46,316 nucleotides of DNA, taken from contig JAWBMD010000006.1 of the NCBI GenBank assembly GCA_039000985.1, forward strand, positions 1 to 46,316, in the 5' to 3' direction. This document shows, piece after piece, positions 9,414 to 18,700 of this stretch. The position numbers and the translations under genes are program-made. Numbering within the stretch: the first letter of the stretch is position 1; every line of letters begins with the position of its first letter. Under the pieces are notes generated by a model. It saw only the letters and a list, made by a program, of their open reading frames with translations. It was not told where the DNA came from and made no database searches. The stretch is from Candidatus Aenigmatarchaeota archaeon (GTDB taxonomy: Archaea; Aenigmatarchaeota; Aenigmatarchaeia; CG10238-14; SpSt-28).

Positions 9414-10251
9414 CTTCTATTTCAAGAAAATATTCTTTAGGAAGAAACGCTTTAAACTTTTCTATAAGTTTTTTAGATAATTCTACAGCTTCTTTTAAAT
9501 GTTCTGGAGTAACATTAATTAAACCATGATCTATATCCTTCCAAAGCTTATCAAGCTTTTCAAAATTATCGAAATCTTCTTTTGTTATTTTATTTTCTTG
9601 TATCATTTTTTCCAAATATTTCCTCGCATCTTTATAATCTGCTTGGTATTGAAATAGATACATTATAACTGCTTGTATCATATCAAATGCAGTATATCTC
9701 AAATCAAAAATCATAGCTTTCATATCTTCTTCTATTTTCTTCATTCTTATTTGAGAAGATTTTGCCTTTAAGCTTATTGTTTCTTCACTTGGTGGGATTA
9801 AACCTAAGTGGAGCATTCTTTGTGTAGGTTTTATAAAGCCAGAATCATGAATTACGTAACCATATCTTAAATAATTCACTAATTCAGGAGAACCCATTCT
9901 TATCCATTTCCAAAATTCCGTTAGTAGAGAGGTTTGAATATGTATATTACCAAATTCCCTCGCTATTAAATGCAATTGAGACAATATTTTATCAATACCT
10001 TCTGTTCCTTTTGTTGCTGTATCATCAACTATAACTAAAACATCTATATCGCTCGTTTTCTTCATTATTCCTTTTGCTGCAGATCCAAAAATCAAAACCC
10101 CCTTTATAGTATCTCCAAAGTTCTTTCTAATTTCATTTGAAAAGGATACAATTTTTTTTATAGTGTCTTCAGATGGTTCTAATTGTTTTTCCTCTTTATA
10201 TTCTACAATGCTTGTTTTTTCTAACTCTTTTTCAAGCTTTTCCAAGACCAC
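9406..10251 (-). CDS. Pol-beta/MNT nucleotidyltransferase fused to HEPN-like domain (paralog of adjacent gene)
   Basis: FGSAAKG...SDIDVLVIVDD; LTEFW..IRMGSPEL; helical region ending WKDIDH; GTG start. Confidence 0.8.
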   Translation of the reverse strand: MVLEKLEKELEKTSIVEYKEEKQLEPSEDTIKKIVSFSNEIRKNFGDTIKGVLIFGSAAKGIMKKTSDIDVLVIVDDTATKGTEGIDKILSQLHLIAREFGNIHIQTSLLTEFWKWIRMGSPELVNYLRYGYVIHDSGFIKPTQRMLHLGLIPPSEETISLKAKSSQIRMKKIEEDMKAMIFDLRYTAFDMIQAVIMYLFQYQADYKDARKYLEKMIQENKITKEDFDNFEKLDKLWKDIDHGLINVTPEHLKEAVELSKKLIEKFKAFLPKEYFLEIEGG

Positions 10252-10280
10252 AATATTATTTTAAAATTGTAATATATATA

Positions 10281-10964
10281 GTGGAGAGATTACAATTTTT
10301 AGATTCTGTAAGGGGAATTCTTGTTATTTTAATGATTTTTTTCAATTATTCTTTTACTCTCTCTTACTTAGATCTTTTTTCATTATTTCCAGGAAATTTT
10401 ATCTTTTGGTTTTTATTTCCAAGATTTATAGCTTCTTCATTTATATTTCTATCCGGAATTACTGCATTTCTTTCATGGAAAAAATATAGAAAAAAATTTT
10501 GGAAAAAATGTGTAAAGAGATTTTTGAAATTTTTTCTAATAGCTTTTTTAATAACCATTATAACTTATATTTATTCAAATAAAGATTTCGTGATTTTCGG
10601 GATAATTCACTTTTTTGCATTTTCTTCTTTACTTCTACCTATTTTAATTTTCCTTAAAAAATGGAATATATTTTCGGGTTTTACATTTTTAATAATTGGT
10701 TTAATTTTTAATAATTTTGATTATAACAATTATTTTTTAGTTCCATTTGGAATAAAACCAAAAAATTTTTCATCAATGGATTACATTCCACTTTTTCCTT
10801 GGTTATCTTTTCTATCTTTTGGCATATTTTTTGCCACAATACTAGAAAAAAGGATAATTAAAATCAAAATCAAGAATACAGTCTTATCAATCATAGGAAA
10901 AAATTCATTTTTGATTTATTTGTTACATCAACCAATTTTATTTTTAATTCTATCTTTTGTTTAA
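10281..10964 (+). CDS. DUF1624 / heparan-alpha-glucosaminide N-acetyltransferase-like membrane protein
   Basis: R...LDSVRG..VILMI, FIFLSG, FGIIHFF, DYIPLFPW, IGKNSFLIYLLHQP; start moved to GTG 10281 to avoid overlapping the divergent gene. Confidence 0.8.
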   Translation: MERLQFLDSVRGILVILMIFFNYSFTLSYLDLFSLFPGNFIFWFLFPRFIASSFIFLSGITAFLSWKKYRKKFWKKCVKRFLKFFLIAFLITIITYIYSNKDFVIFGIIHFFAFSSLLLPILIFLKKWNIFSGFTFLIIGLIFNNFDYNNYFLVPFGIKPKNFSSMDYIPLFPWLSFLSFGIFFATILEKRIIKIKIKNTVLSIIGKNSFLIYLLHQPILFLILSFV

Positions 10965-11669
10965 AAAACAAAAAAAGGAGGTCAGTTGTCTTATTTCAAA
11001 TCTTGGTCTGAATTTTATTCCGTTATTTCCATTTGAAATGCTTATTGTACTTTTATTTGCATTTATTGTTACAGAGTATTTACTGTTCCAGTTCAGAAAT
11101 CTTATTTTTGGTTTTATTGTTATGGTTGTTAGATAGTTGTAAAAATTTTTTAAGTAATTTAGTATAGAATTATTTCTTTCTAAATGCCTTCCAACATAGG
11201 CTTTTCTAAACAATCCTTCAACATTACTAAAAACTAATTGTCTTACTTCTGTTGAGTGCTTATTAATTATATCTAATAATTTTTTTGGGTCTATATTCAT
11301 TGGACTTATTTCACATTCTAAACATTTTGCTATATTGTTTGCAATTTCTTCTGTTTTTTTATCCATTCCTCTATAAATTTCTAAAGTTTTTCTAGAAACA
11401 TCTATAAAGCAAAAAGTTTTTCTTAAAATTTTGAAATGACCATTGTTTCTGAATACAGAAACTATTTCATCTAATATATCATCATCTATTACTTTTTTTA
11501 GACTATCCTCGATGGATTCTGTATAGTAATACTGGATGAAAATTTCATTACTACTAAACTTGCTTTCTCTTGCTTTTATAAAGTCTTCTCCAAATTTTTT
11601 GTTATTAAGTTTTTCAACAACATCTTTTACATTATCTGAGCAGTTTATCGTATACATTACTATCTTCAT
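10950..11669 (-). CDS. Hypothetical protein (alpha/beta, no family recognised)
   Basis: 239-aa ORF, ATG start, TATA-like TTTAAGTA ~23 nt upstream. Confidence 0.7.
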   Translation of the reverse strand: MKIVMYTINCSDNVKDVVEKLNNKKFGEDFIKARESKFSSNEIFIQYYYTESIEDSLKKVIDDDILDEIVSVFRNNGHFKILRKTFCFIDVSRKTLEIYRGMDKKTEEIANNIAKCLECEISPMNIDPKKLLDIINKHSTEVRQLVFSNVEGLFRKAYVGRHLERNNSILNYLKNFYNYLTTITIKPKIRFLNWNSKYSVTINANKSTISISNGNNGIKFRPRFEIRQLTSFFCFLNKR

Positions 11670-11678
11670 ACTAATATA

Positions 11679-11694
11679 TAGTTATTAATAACTA
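11679..11694. promoter_or_regulatory. Perfect 16-bp palindrome, candidate operator
   Basis: TAGTTATTAATAACTA lies between the TATA-like box (11693-11700, minus strand) and the ATG at 11669; adjacent to a TrmB gene. Confidence 0.5.
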
Positions 11695-11769
11695 CTTAAA
11701 TAATTTTCTCCCCCAAAATGCGTTTAGTAATTTGTTTATAATTTTTAGAAAAAAGTAAACAAATGTTTA

Positions 11770-12558
11770 TTATTTAGATTTAAAAATAGATTCTGTTAAA
11801 GGTTTAAAAAGTTTTTCTATGGCATAATCACTTTTTGTCCATATTGCTAGTTGTTGTGATTCATCAATATTTCTATCTGTTATTGGTAGCAAAACTTCTT
11901 TATCATCTATCATGAAGCAGCTTCCTTTAAAATTATAATCTGTTAATGCAATAATATTAGCTGTGTTACCAAGTGCAGATAGCTTTTCTCTAGCTCTTTC
12001 TGATACAATTGCTGCAATTTTTACATCAACACCCCTTCTTTTAGCATCTAGTAAATAAGAAGATAAGCTATTTAAATCTTCCAAATAATCTTCAGTAGCA
12101 ATTAAAGTTAATGATTTTTTCGCATCTTTTATCATTTTTATAACATGTGAAATTATATTCCCTCTTCCTTGTAAAGTTCCTGTTAATTCTTCAACTTCAA
12201 CACGCTTTGTAGCATTTTTGTAAATATCTTTTAATTGTTTCATATATTCGCTATTTTTAAAAGATTCTATTTTTTCAACCATCTCATTAGCCCTATCTAA
12301 AATGGTTTTTTTAAGTCTTTCTAAACCTTCTTCCGGCTCAACAGCAATAAATTTTACTGGTCTTCCAGGTTGTATTAAAACTAAACCTTTTCTTGCAAGT
12401 GATTCTAATATATCATAGCTTCTACTTCTAGGAACTCCTGATAGTGAGGATAATGTTCCAGCTGAAGCAATTCCTACAGATAATAAAGATAACCATATCT
12501 TTCTTTCATATAAATTCAATCCAAACCCTCTTAATATGTCCATAAGGTCCTTTTTCAT
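11770..12558 (-). CDS. TrmB-family transcriptional regulator
   Basis: FGLNLYE.KIWLSLL, SGVPRSRSYDILESL.KGLV winged HTH, plus PLD-like effector domain (AKKSL..., RGVDVKI). Confidence 0.9.
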   Translation of the reverse strand: MKKDLMDILRGFGLNLYERKIWLSLLSVGIASAGTLSSLSGVPRSRSYDILESLARKGLVLIQPGRPVKFIAVEPEEGLERLKKTILDRANEMVEKIESFKNSEYMKQLKDIYKNATKRVEVEELTGTLQGRGNIISHVIKMIKDAKKSLTLIATEDYLEDLNSLSSYLLDAKRRGVDVKIAAIVSERAREKLSALGNTANIIALTDYNFKGSCFMIDDKEVLLPITDRNIDESQQLAIWTKSDYAIEKLFKPLTESIFKSK

Positions 12559-12609
12559 AATTATATTTACTACCAAAAAGTATTTATTTTTTTATAATAA
12601 CATGTTTTA

Positions 12610-13664
12610 AATAATTTAAGTAAAAGGTTAGAAAGGTTAAAGAAATATTGGATAAATAGTTATAAAGCATTTTTACTTATAAAATAAGATTTTATCACAA
12701 ATAATAATTTAAGATATATAATAAATTTTTCTGGCTCTACTAGAATATTTTTACAAACAGAAAATGAAAATTTCTTGTTCACCGATACAAGGTATTAGGA
12801 AAGAGCTGAAGCAGAATTTTTTAAAGAAATAAAAGTAGTTAGAAAAAATTTTATCAACATAAAAGAAGTTCTTAAAGAATTTAAAACAAATACTTTAACT
12901 CATTTGCGATATAAACAAATTAAAAAACTAAAATTGAATTTAAAAGTAAGCGATGTTATTTCTCAATTAAGAAAAATTAAAGATAAAAATGAAATAAAAA
13001 TTTTGAAAAAAGTTCAAAAAATAACCGATAAAATTTTTATTAATTTACTTGATTTTATAAAAGCTGGAAAAAGTACTGAAAAGGAAATAGCATTGAAATT
13101 TATGAGCTAGCTAATTATTATAGACATGATTCTCTTTCTTTTGAACCAATAGTAGCTGGTGGAAATAATTCTTCAATACCTCATTATAAAAGAAGTAATT
13201 ATAAAATAGAGAAAAATAATGTTTTGTTAATAGATTTTGGAGTTAAATATAAGGGTTATGTATCCGATATGACAAGAACTATTCGGATTGGAAATAATGT
13301 GAGTAATGAATTTAAAAGAGCTTATAATATAGTTTCGAATGCACAAGATTTAGCTATTAGTGAGTGTAAATTCAAGAATAAAAAACTTGCTGGTGAAATT
13401 CATAAAAAAGTTGTTAATTTTATAAATAGTACTGAATTCAAAAATAAGTTTTTACATGGAACTGGACATGGAATTGGTTTAGATATACATGAATTACCTT
13501 ATTTAAATATTAAATCGAAAGATGTTTTGGTTGGAAATGAAGTTGTTACTATAGAACCTGGGATTTATTTAGAGGGAAAGTTTGGTATAAGAATAGAAGA
13601 TGTTATAATAACTAAAAGTGGTAAAAAATTAAGTAAATCTACAAAAGATATGGTAATTTTATGA
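12610..13664 (+). pseudogene. Xaa-Pro aminopeptidase (M24, PepQ-like) pseudogene
   Basis: NLRYIINFSGS, FTDTRY, LRKIKDKNEI, SFEPIVAGGNNSSIPH, DFG..SDMTRT, HGTGHGIGLDIHE, EPGIY, GIRIED; in-frame TAA 12685 and TAG 12796, frameshift near 13100. Confidence 0.88.
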
Positions 13665-14032
13665 GTAGCGAAGAAATATATGCAGAAAAAATTTTGGAAA
13701 GATATAAATTACCAAAAAATAAAGGAAAGCTAGATAATTTTACTCATAATTATAAAGAATATAACCCACTTTGTGGAGATGTGATAGAAATATTTGTAAA
13801 TGTGAAAAATGATAAGATTGAAGATATTAAATTTTTTGGCGAGGGTTGTGCAATAAGCCAAGCTAGTGCGGATTTGCTTTTAGATTTTGTTAAAAACAAA
13901 AAGTTGGAGGAAATAAAAGCCATAGATGATAATTTTTTGATTAATAAAATTATAAAAATTCCAATTAGCTATAGAAGAATTTTATGTGCAACTTTATCTT
14001 TAAAAACATTGAAAAAAGCCTTGAATTTATAG
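13661..14032 (+). CDS. sufU: SufU/IscU-like Fe-S scaffold or sulfur-transfer protein
   Basis: NPLCGD, F.GEGCAISQASA, R..CATL. Confidence 0.88.
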   Translation: MSSEEIYAEKILERYKLPKNKGKLDNFTHNYKEYNPLCGDVIEIFVNVKNDKIEDIKFFGEGCAISQASADLLLDFVKNKKLEEIKAIDDNFLINKIIKIPISYRRILCATLSLKTLKKALNL

Positions 14033-14178
14033 TTTTAATTTTTAAAACAGTTTTAGATTTAAAGCTTTGTGTGTTTTTCACAGAACTTAAAAAAACTGAG
14101 CAGTTTTAAGTTAGGTTGTGCTTGGGCAAGTAAAAATTTAAAATAGTTCTTTTATTTCCATTTTTTAATTTATAATTG

Positions 14179-14426
14179 GGTGGGTTGACGTACAGCTTCC
14201 CATTAGGGAGGAAATTCCCCCCAATGATGTAGCTTCGAAAGAAGCTTGGGGAAACCCAAAGGCATGCATCAGAAATAAAACCTTGCTATATTGAGCAATG
14301 ATTAAAAATGAGCTAAGAAATTTAGCAAGGATGAAAAAAGGCATGCCTTGCAAATGAGTTGCAAGAGCTTTTGCTTGCTTAGACAAATGCTGTAAAAACA
14401 AAAGGGGGATTATGTTCAACCCACCA
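14179..14426 (+). ncRNA. rnpB: RNase P RNA (archaeal, reduced)
   Basis: P1 GGTGGGTTGA/TCAACCCACC; P2 TACAGC/GCTGTA; CR-I GAGGAAATTCCCCC pairing with CR-V AACAAAAGGGGGATTA (P4); GAAA-capped P8 and P9; CR-II CAGAAATAAAACC; P12 CCTTGCTA/TAGCAAGG; CR-III GATGAAA. Confidence 0.92.
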
Positions 14427-14456
14427 TTTTTATAATAAATTTAAAATTCTATTTTT

Positions 14457-15005
14457 ATGGGAATATCTAAACCAAAAGAGGAGAAGAAGTCAGAAGAGGA
14501 GGAAAAAAAGATAAAAGTTAAGGTAAAAGCTAAAGAAGAAAAAGCAAAAAAACAAAATGTTGTTAGAATTTGTAATACGGATTTAGATGGAAATAAAAAT
14601 GTTTTATATGGCTTAGCTGGAATAAAAGGTGTTGGTTATGCTTTTTCAAAAGCTATATGTGAAGTTGCTAATATAGATTATTCTACCAAATTAACGAACC
14701 TTACAGAAGAACAAATAGAAAAAATTGAGGAAATTATTAAAAATCCAAAAAATTTTGGAATTCCAAGCTTTTTACTAAACAGGAGAAGAGATTATTATAG
14801 TGGTCAGGATTTACATCTTATAGGAACAGATTTAGAAATGGTTAGAAAAATGGATATTGAAAGAGAAATTAATTTAAAAACTTGGAAAGGTTATAGACAT
14901 ATGCATGGACAACCTGTAAGAGGACAAAGAACAAAGTCCCATTTTAGAAAGGGAGTTACTGTAGGAGTTGTGAGAAAGAAGGTAGCACAAGCTCAGAAAA
15001 AATGA
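14457..15005 (+). CDS. rps13: 30S ribosomal protein uS13
   Basis: VRICNTDLDG, IKGVG, LNRRRD, WKGYRH..GQPVRGQRTK; K/E-rich N-terminal extension. Confidence 0.96.
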   Translation: MGISKPKEEKKSEEEEKKIKVKVKAKEEKAKKQNVVRICNTDLDGNKNVLYGLAGIKGVGYAFSKAICEVANIDYSTKLTNLTEEQIEKIEEIIKNPKNFGIPSFLLNRRRDYYSGQDLHLIGTDLEMVRKMDIEREINLKTWKGYRHMHGQPVRGQRTKSHFRKGVTVGVVRKKVAQAQKK

Positions 15006-15481
15006 GAAGATTAAAAAAGAAATATTCAAAACCATTTAGACCTTGGAATAGAGAAAGGTTAGTTGAGGAAAGAAAAATTATGAAAAAATATGGATTAAAA
15101 AGAAAAAAAGAATTGTTGAGAACAGAAGCTATTTTAAGAAAATTTAGAAGAATGGCAAGAGATGCTGCAGCTACAGGTAGTGAGAATTTAAAAAGTATTC
15201 TTTTAACAAAACTTTATAAATTGGGAATTTTGGAAGCTAATTCAGATTTAACAGATGTTTTAAATTTAACTGTTGAAGACATATTGAGAAGAAGACTTCA
15301 AACTATAGTTTTTAATAAAAATTTGGCAAAAACAATAAAGCATGCTAGACAATTAATAGCTCATAGAAAGGTTTTAATTGGAGAGAGAATTGTTCCATTT
15401 CCGAGCTATTTGGTTAACAGAGAGGAAGAAAATCTTATAAAAGTTTGTGGGAAAGTGAAAATAAATGATGAAATACTATAG
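15002..15481 (+). CDS. rps4: 30S ribosomal protein uS4
   Basis: KKYSKP.RPW, YGLKRKKE, RRLQTIV, ARQLIAH, PSYLV. Confidence 0.96.
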   Translation: MRRLKKKYSKPFRPWNRERLVEERKIMKKYGLKRKKELLRTEAILRKFRRMARDAAATGSENLKSILLTKLYKLGILEANSDLTDVLNLTVEDILRRRLQTIVFNKNLAKTIKHARQLIAHRKVLIGERIVPFPSYLVNREEENLIKVCGKVKINDEIL

Positions 15482-16049
15482 ATTTTTTATTTATTATATT
15501 TTCAAATCTACCTTTTTTAATACATTCAAAAAAATCTCCTTCATATTTTAAATAACAATTGTCCAATTCTTCTAACATATGTGCATCACTTCCAGCTATT
15601 CCAATTTTTTTATTTTTTATGCAAAAAATTTTTGCCATTTTATTAAATATATCTAGGACACATCTACCATTAAAAATTTCCAAAGCATGAAAATATACAT
15701 TTTTTGTCTTTCTTAGTACACCTTTTCTAAATATATCAAATGGGTGTGGAATCACTATTAAGCCGTCATTACTTTTTACATAATCTATAATAGTGTTGTA
15801 ATCACTATATTTACCTTTAATTTCTTCTAGACCAACAATTATTATATCTCCAATATTTGTTTCAATTTCAATCCCAGGAAGTATTTCTATATTAGCAATT
15901 TTTTTCAAAACTTCATATCCCTTAAATGTGTCATGATCCGTTATGCATATTCCATCTATTTTTTTTAATTTTATAAATTTTACAAGGCTTCCTATTTTTA
16001 TTGTAGAATCTTTTGAATAAACTGTATGTAAATGAAAAATTCCTTTCAC
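15435..16049 (-). CDS. PHP-domain phosphoesterase
   Basis: HLHTVYSKD, ITDHD, GIE, PHPF, EIFNGR, GSDAH. Confidence 0.9.
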   Translation of the reverse strand: MKGIFHLHTVYSKDSTIKIGSLVKFIKLKKIDGICITDHDTFKGYEVLKKIANIEILPGIEIETNIGDIIIVGLEEIKGKYSDYNTIIDYVKSNDGLIVIPHPFDIFRKGVLRKTKNVYFHALEIFNGRCVLDIFNKMAKIFCIKNKKIGIAGSDAHMLEELDNCYLKYEGDFFECIKKGRFENIINKKSIVFHHLFSLSHKLL

Positions 16050-16993
16050 TTACAAATAATTTCTTTTAAGCTCTCTATATTTTCTATTGTTGTATTAAAG
16101 TTTTCTCCAAGTATTTTGCTTATTTTTGAATTTTTTATATTATAGGAAATTTCGTTATTAGCTTTCCATAGAAATGGATCTATTTTAGATAAAAGTAGAA
16201 GAATGAGGAAAAATGATAACAAAATAATTGAAATCAATGAACCGTGTTTGAACTTATTTTCAAAATTTTTTATTCTTGCTATTGGAATGTAAATTATTAA
16301 ACAGAAAATTAGAGTAAGTAATAATGGTAATGTTATATCATATAAAAAGATTGAAAGAAAGAATGAAAAAACAGTTATGAAAGATAGAGTTATTATCGAA
16401 AATTTTTCTTTTTTTAAACTTTCCTTGAGTTTCAAATCCCGTTTAAGTATTCTATATATTATTATGTAAACTGCAGAAAACAAAATAAATATTAATGATG
16501 GAAAATTTCCAAATGATGATGTTTGCGAAAGCCAGCCAGATGAAAATTTTACAAATTGCATTATGAACATATTAGGCATAGATATTATTGATATTTCTTT
16601 TGTTGCAAAAATTTTGTTAGAATGAATGAAATTTGTAAATAGAATTATCAAAATTAAAAATGGAAATAAAGGTGATATAAAAAATGATAAGAAAATTCCT
16701 AAAACTAAAGAAATATAAGCAAAGCTAATTATTTTTTCTATTTTTATATTTTCTTTAAATAACGGAGATCTTAGGAAAATTTTTCTTCTTTTAATTTTTT
16801 CATTTTTTATATCTGTTTTATAGTCAAGAATATCATTCATTGTGTAAACAAAAATATACGCAAAAGAAATGCTAAAAAGACCAGCAAGAATTTTTACAAT
16901 GTCTAAATTTCCGTTATAGAAGAAAAAAACTATAGCTCCTAAAAGAAATTGCAAAACAGTTTTAATTAAATTAGGCAAATAAGGTATTTTCAT
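16046..16993 (-). CDS. UbiA-family prenyltransferase-like membrane protein
   Basis: Multiple TM helices with YTMNDILDYKTD (NDxxDxxxD) motif. Confidence 0.8.
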   Translation of the reverse strand: MKIPYLPNLIKTVLQFLLGAIVFFFYNGNLDIVKILAGLFSISFAYIFVYTMNDILDYKTDIKNEKIKRRKIFLRSPLFKENIKIEKIISFAYISLVLGIFLSFFISPLFPFLILIILFTNFIHSNKIFATKEISIISMPNMFIMQFVKFSSGWLSQTSSFGNFPSLIFILFSAVYIIIYRILKRDLKLKESLKKEKFSIITLSFITVFSFFLSIFLYDITLPLLLTLIFCLIIYIPIARIKNFENKFKHGSLISIILLSFFLILLLLSKIDPFLWKANNEISYNIKNSKISKILGENFNTTIENIESLKEIICK

Positions 16994-18102
16994 TTTTTCA
17001 ATATTTCTAATATATAATTTATATTTTTGTTTGTTTTAATTGCTTTAGTTGAAAAATGAACTAAAGAAGCATCTTTTAACAAATTTACTACTTCTTTAGT
17101 TTTTTTAATTCTAACTTTATATTTAGATGATATTTCATGTAAATCATAGCAAGGAGCATTTATTTCATTTTTTAGTAAAACAAGAGTTTTTTCTATTTCT
17201 TCAAAATTTCTCATGTAATTAAATTTGTGAATTTTATTTAAAATTTTATTTATAAAATTTTTATCATTAATTTCTCCTATCCATGTTGGGTATATTACAC
17301 TAAATTTTTTATTGCAATTATTGCAAATTTCCTCAAATTCAAATGAAAATTTTCTATTCAAACAATTTTTACAATATAAAACAATTCCAATATTTTTGAT
17401 TATATTTTCATTTGTCATTTTTCTACCTTTTTTTAAATGCCCGAAAACTCTGTAAAAATGTTTATTGTGAAAAGATATTATTGGTTTAAAAGAAAACATG
17501 TATTTTGAAAAGTTTACGGATAAAGAATGTATAAGATTTCTAATTCCTATATCATGCAGCATATCATTTCTAAATGAAAAAATTCCATATTTCCTTAGGC
17601 AAGCATTTTTATTTATTCCAATTAATGCTTGAGTATCAGTTGCTGTAATTCCAATATACCCATCTCTTTTTATCGCTCTCGCTACACTATCTAAAAAATA
17701 AATTGGAGAGCCAAATGGATCTATATCTATATAATCAAAAATTCTTTTGTTTTCACTAAGCAAGACATTAGCATCTTTGCAAAAAATTTTTGCTTTTTTT
17801 TCTATATTATTTATTTTTACGTTCTCCTTCAAAATTTCTATAGCATCTTTACTATAATCATTAAACCAAACTTCTTTTACATTTTTGCATTCCAAAGCAA
17901 TTCTTATTCCTCTAGCTCCAATTGCAGATAAAGCATCGCAAACAATTAAATCATTCCTTTCTATATTGTTAACAAAAATAATTGTAAAATCTCTTGAGAT
18001 TTCAGATATTGGATTATAAAAGTTCGATTTTTTTAAATAATTTTCTGGAACTTTTAAAATGGCTTTACCTTCTATTATTTTACTTATTTCTTCTTTCAAC
18101 AT
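16990..18102 (-). CDS. trm1: tRNA (guanine-26,N2) dimethyltransferase Trm1
   Basis: IIEGKA, FYNP..SRD, DALSAIGARGIR, IDIDPFGSP, TATD, CxxC zinc site. Confidence 0.94.
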   Translation of the reverse strand: MLKEEISKIIEGKAILKVPENYLKKSNFYNPISEISRDFTIIFVNNIERNDLIVCDALSAIGARGIRIALECKNVKEVWFNDYSKDAIEILKENVKINNIEKKAKIFCKDANVLLSENKRIFDYIDIDPFGSPIYFLDSVARAIKRDGYIGITATDTQALIGINKNACLRKYGIFSFRNDMLHDIGIRNLIHSLSVNFSKYMFSFKPIISFHNKHFYRVFGHLKKGRKMTNENIIKNIGIVLYCKNCLNRKFSFEFEEICNNCNKKFSVIYPTWIGEINDKNFINKILNKIHKFNYMRNFEEIEKTLVLLKNEINAPCYDLHEISSKYKVRIKKTKEVVNLLKDASLVHFSTKAIKTNKNINYILEILKK

Positions 18103-18700
18103 ATCTTCCCCTTTTCTTTATTTCTTCTAACCTTTCTAAAACTTTTTTATATTCCTTATTTTCTTCACAATAACCTTTTAAAAAATATTCCCAACAAATA
18201 TTTAAAATTTTGAAATGAACTGATTTTAATGATTCATAAAGCAATTTTAAATCAACAGCTTTATCTTCTATTCTGCTTGAATAATTAGCTAATCCAAAAT
18301 CAATAAAATAAATTCTATCATCTTTCAAAATCATATTGCTTGTTGTTAAATCACCATGTATTATATTAGCTGAATGCAATTTAGCTACATTTTTTCCAAT
18401 TTCATAAAATGATTCTTTTATTTTTTTGCCTTCCATTTCATTTAAAACATTTTTTAGTAAAAGACCATCTATAAATTCCATTATTATAATACCTTTCTCT
18501 TCATCAACTTCATAAATTTTTGGCACATTTATACCAATTCTTCTAGCATCATTTATAATTTTACTCTCTTTTCTTGTTCTCTCTTTCCTTAAAACTTTAT
18601 CTATTTCTTTTATTCTATATTTTTTTTCTACCCTTTCTTTAACGATAGAATTGTCCTTTAGATAAATTATTGCTTCGGCCCCCCTTTTTATTATTTTCAT
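18080..18700 (-). CDS. bud32: KEOPS complex kinase/ATPase Bud32
   Basis: RGAEA, K.R..K.YR, IHGDLTTSN, IDFGL, EDKAVDL, RGRY. Confidence 0.95.
   Translation of the reverse strand: MKIIKRGAEAIIYLKDNSIVKERVEKKYRIKEIDKVLRKERTRKESKIINDARRIGINVPKIYEVDEEKGIIIMEFIDGLLLKNVLNEMEGKKIKESFYEIGKNVAKLHSANIIHGDLTTSNMILKDDRIYFIDFGLANYSSRIEDKAVDLKLLYESLKSVHFKILNICWEYFLKGYCEENKEYKKVLERLEEIKKRGRYVERRNK

Noticed and set aside
12610-13110. Stop-codon reassignment or programmed readthrough suggested by in-frame TAA/TAG
   Set aside because: Accompanied by frameshifts, and TAA, TAG and TGA all terminate intact genes elsewhere
14033-14165. Possible small zinc-finger ORF or sRNA upstream of RNase P RNA
   Set aside because: Frames interrupted by stops; no convincing C/D boxes or structure
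14165-14419. 84-aa minus-strand ORF
   Set aside because: Antisense shadow of the RNase P RNA gene
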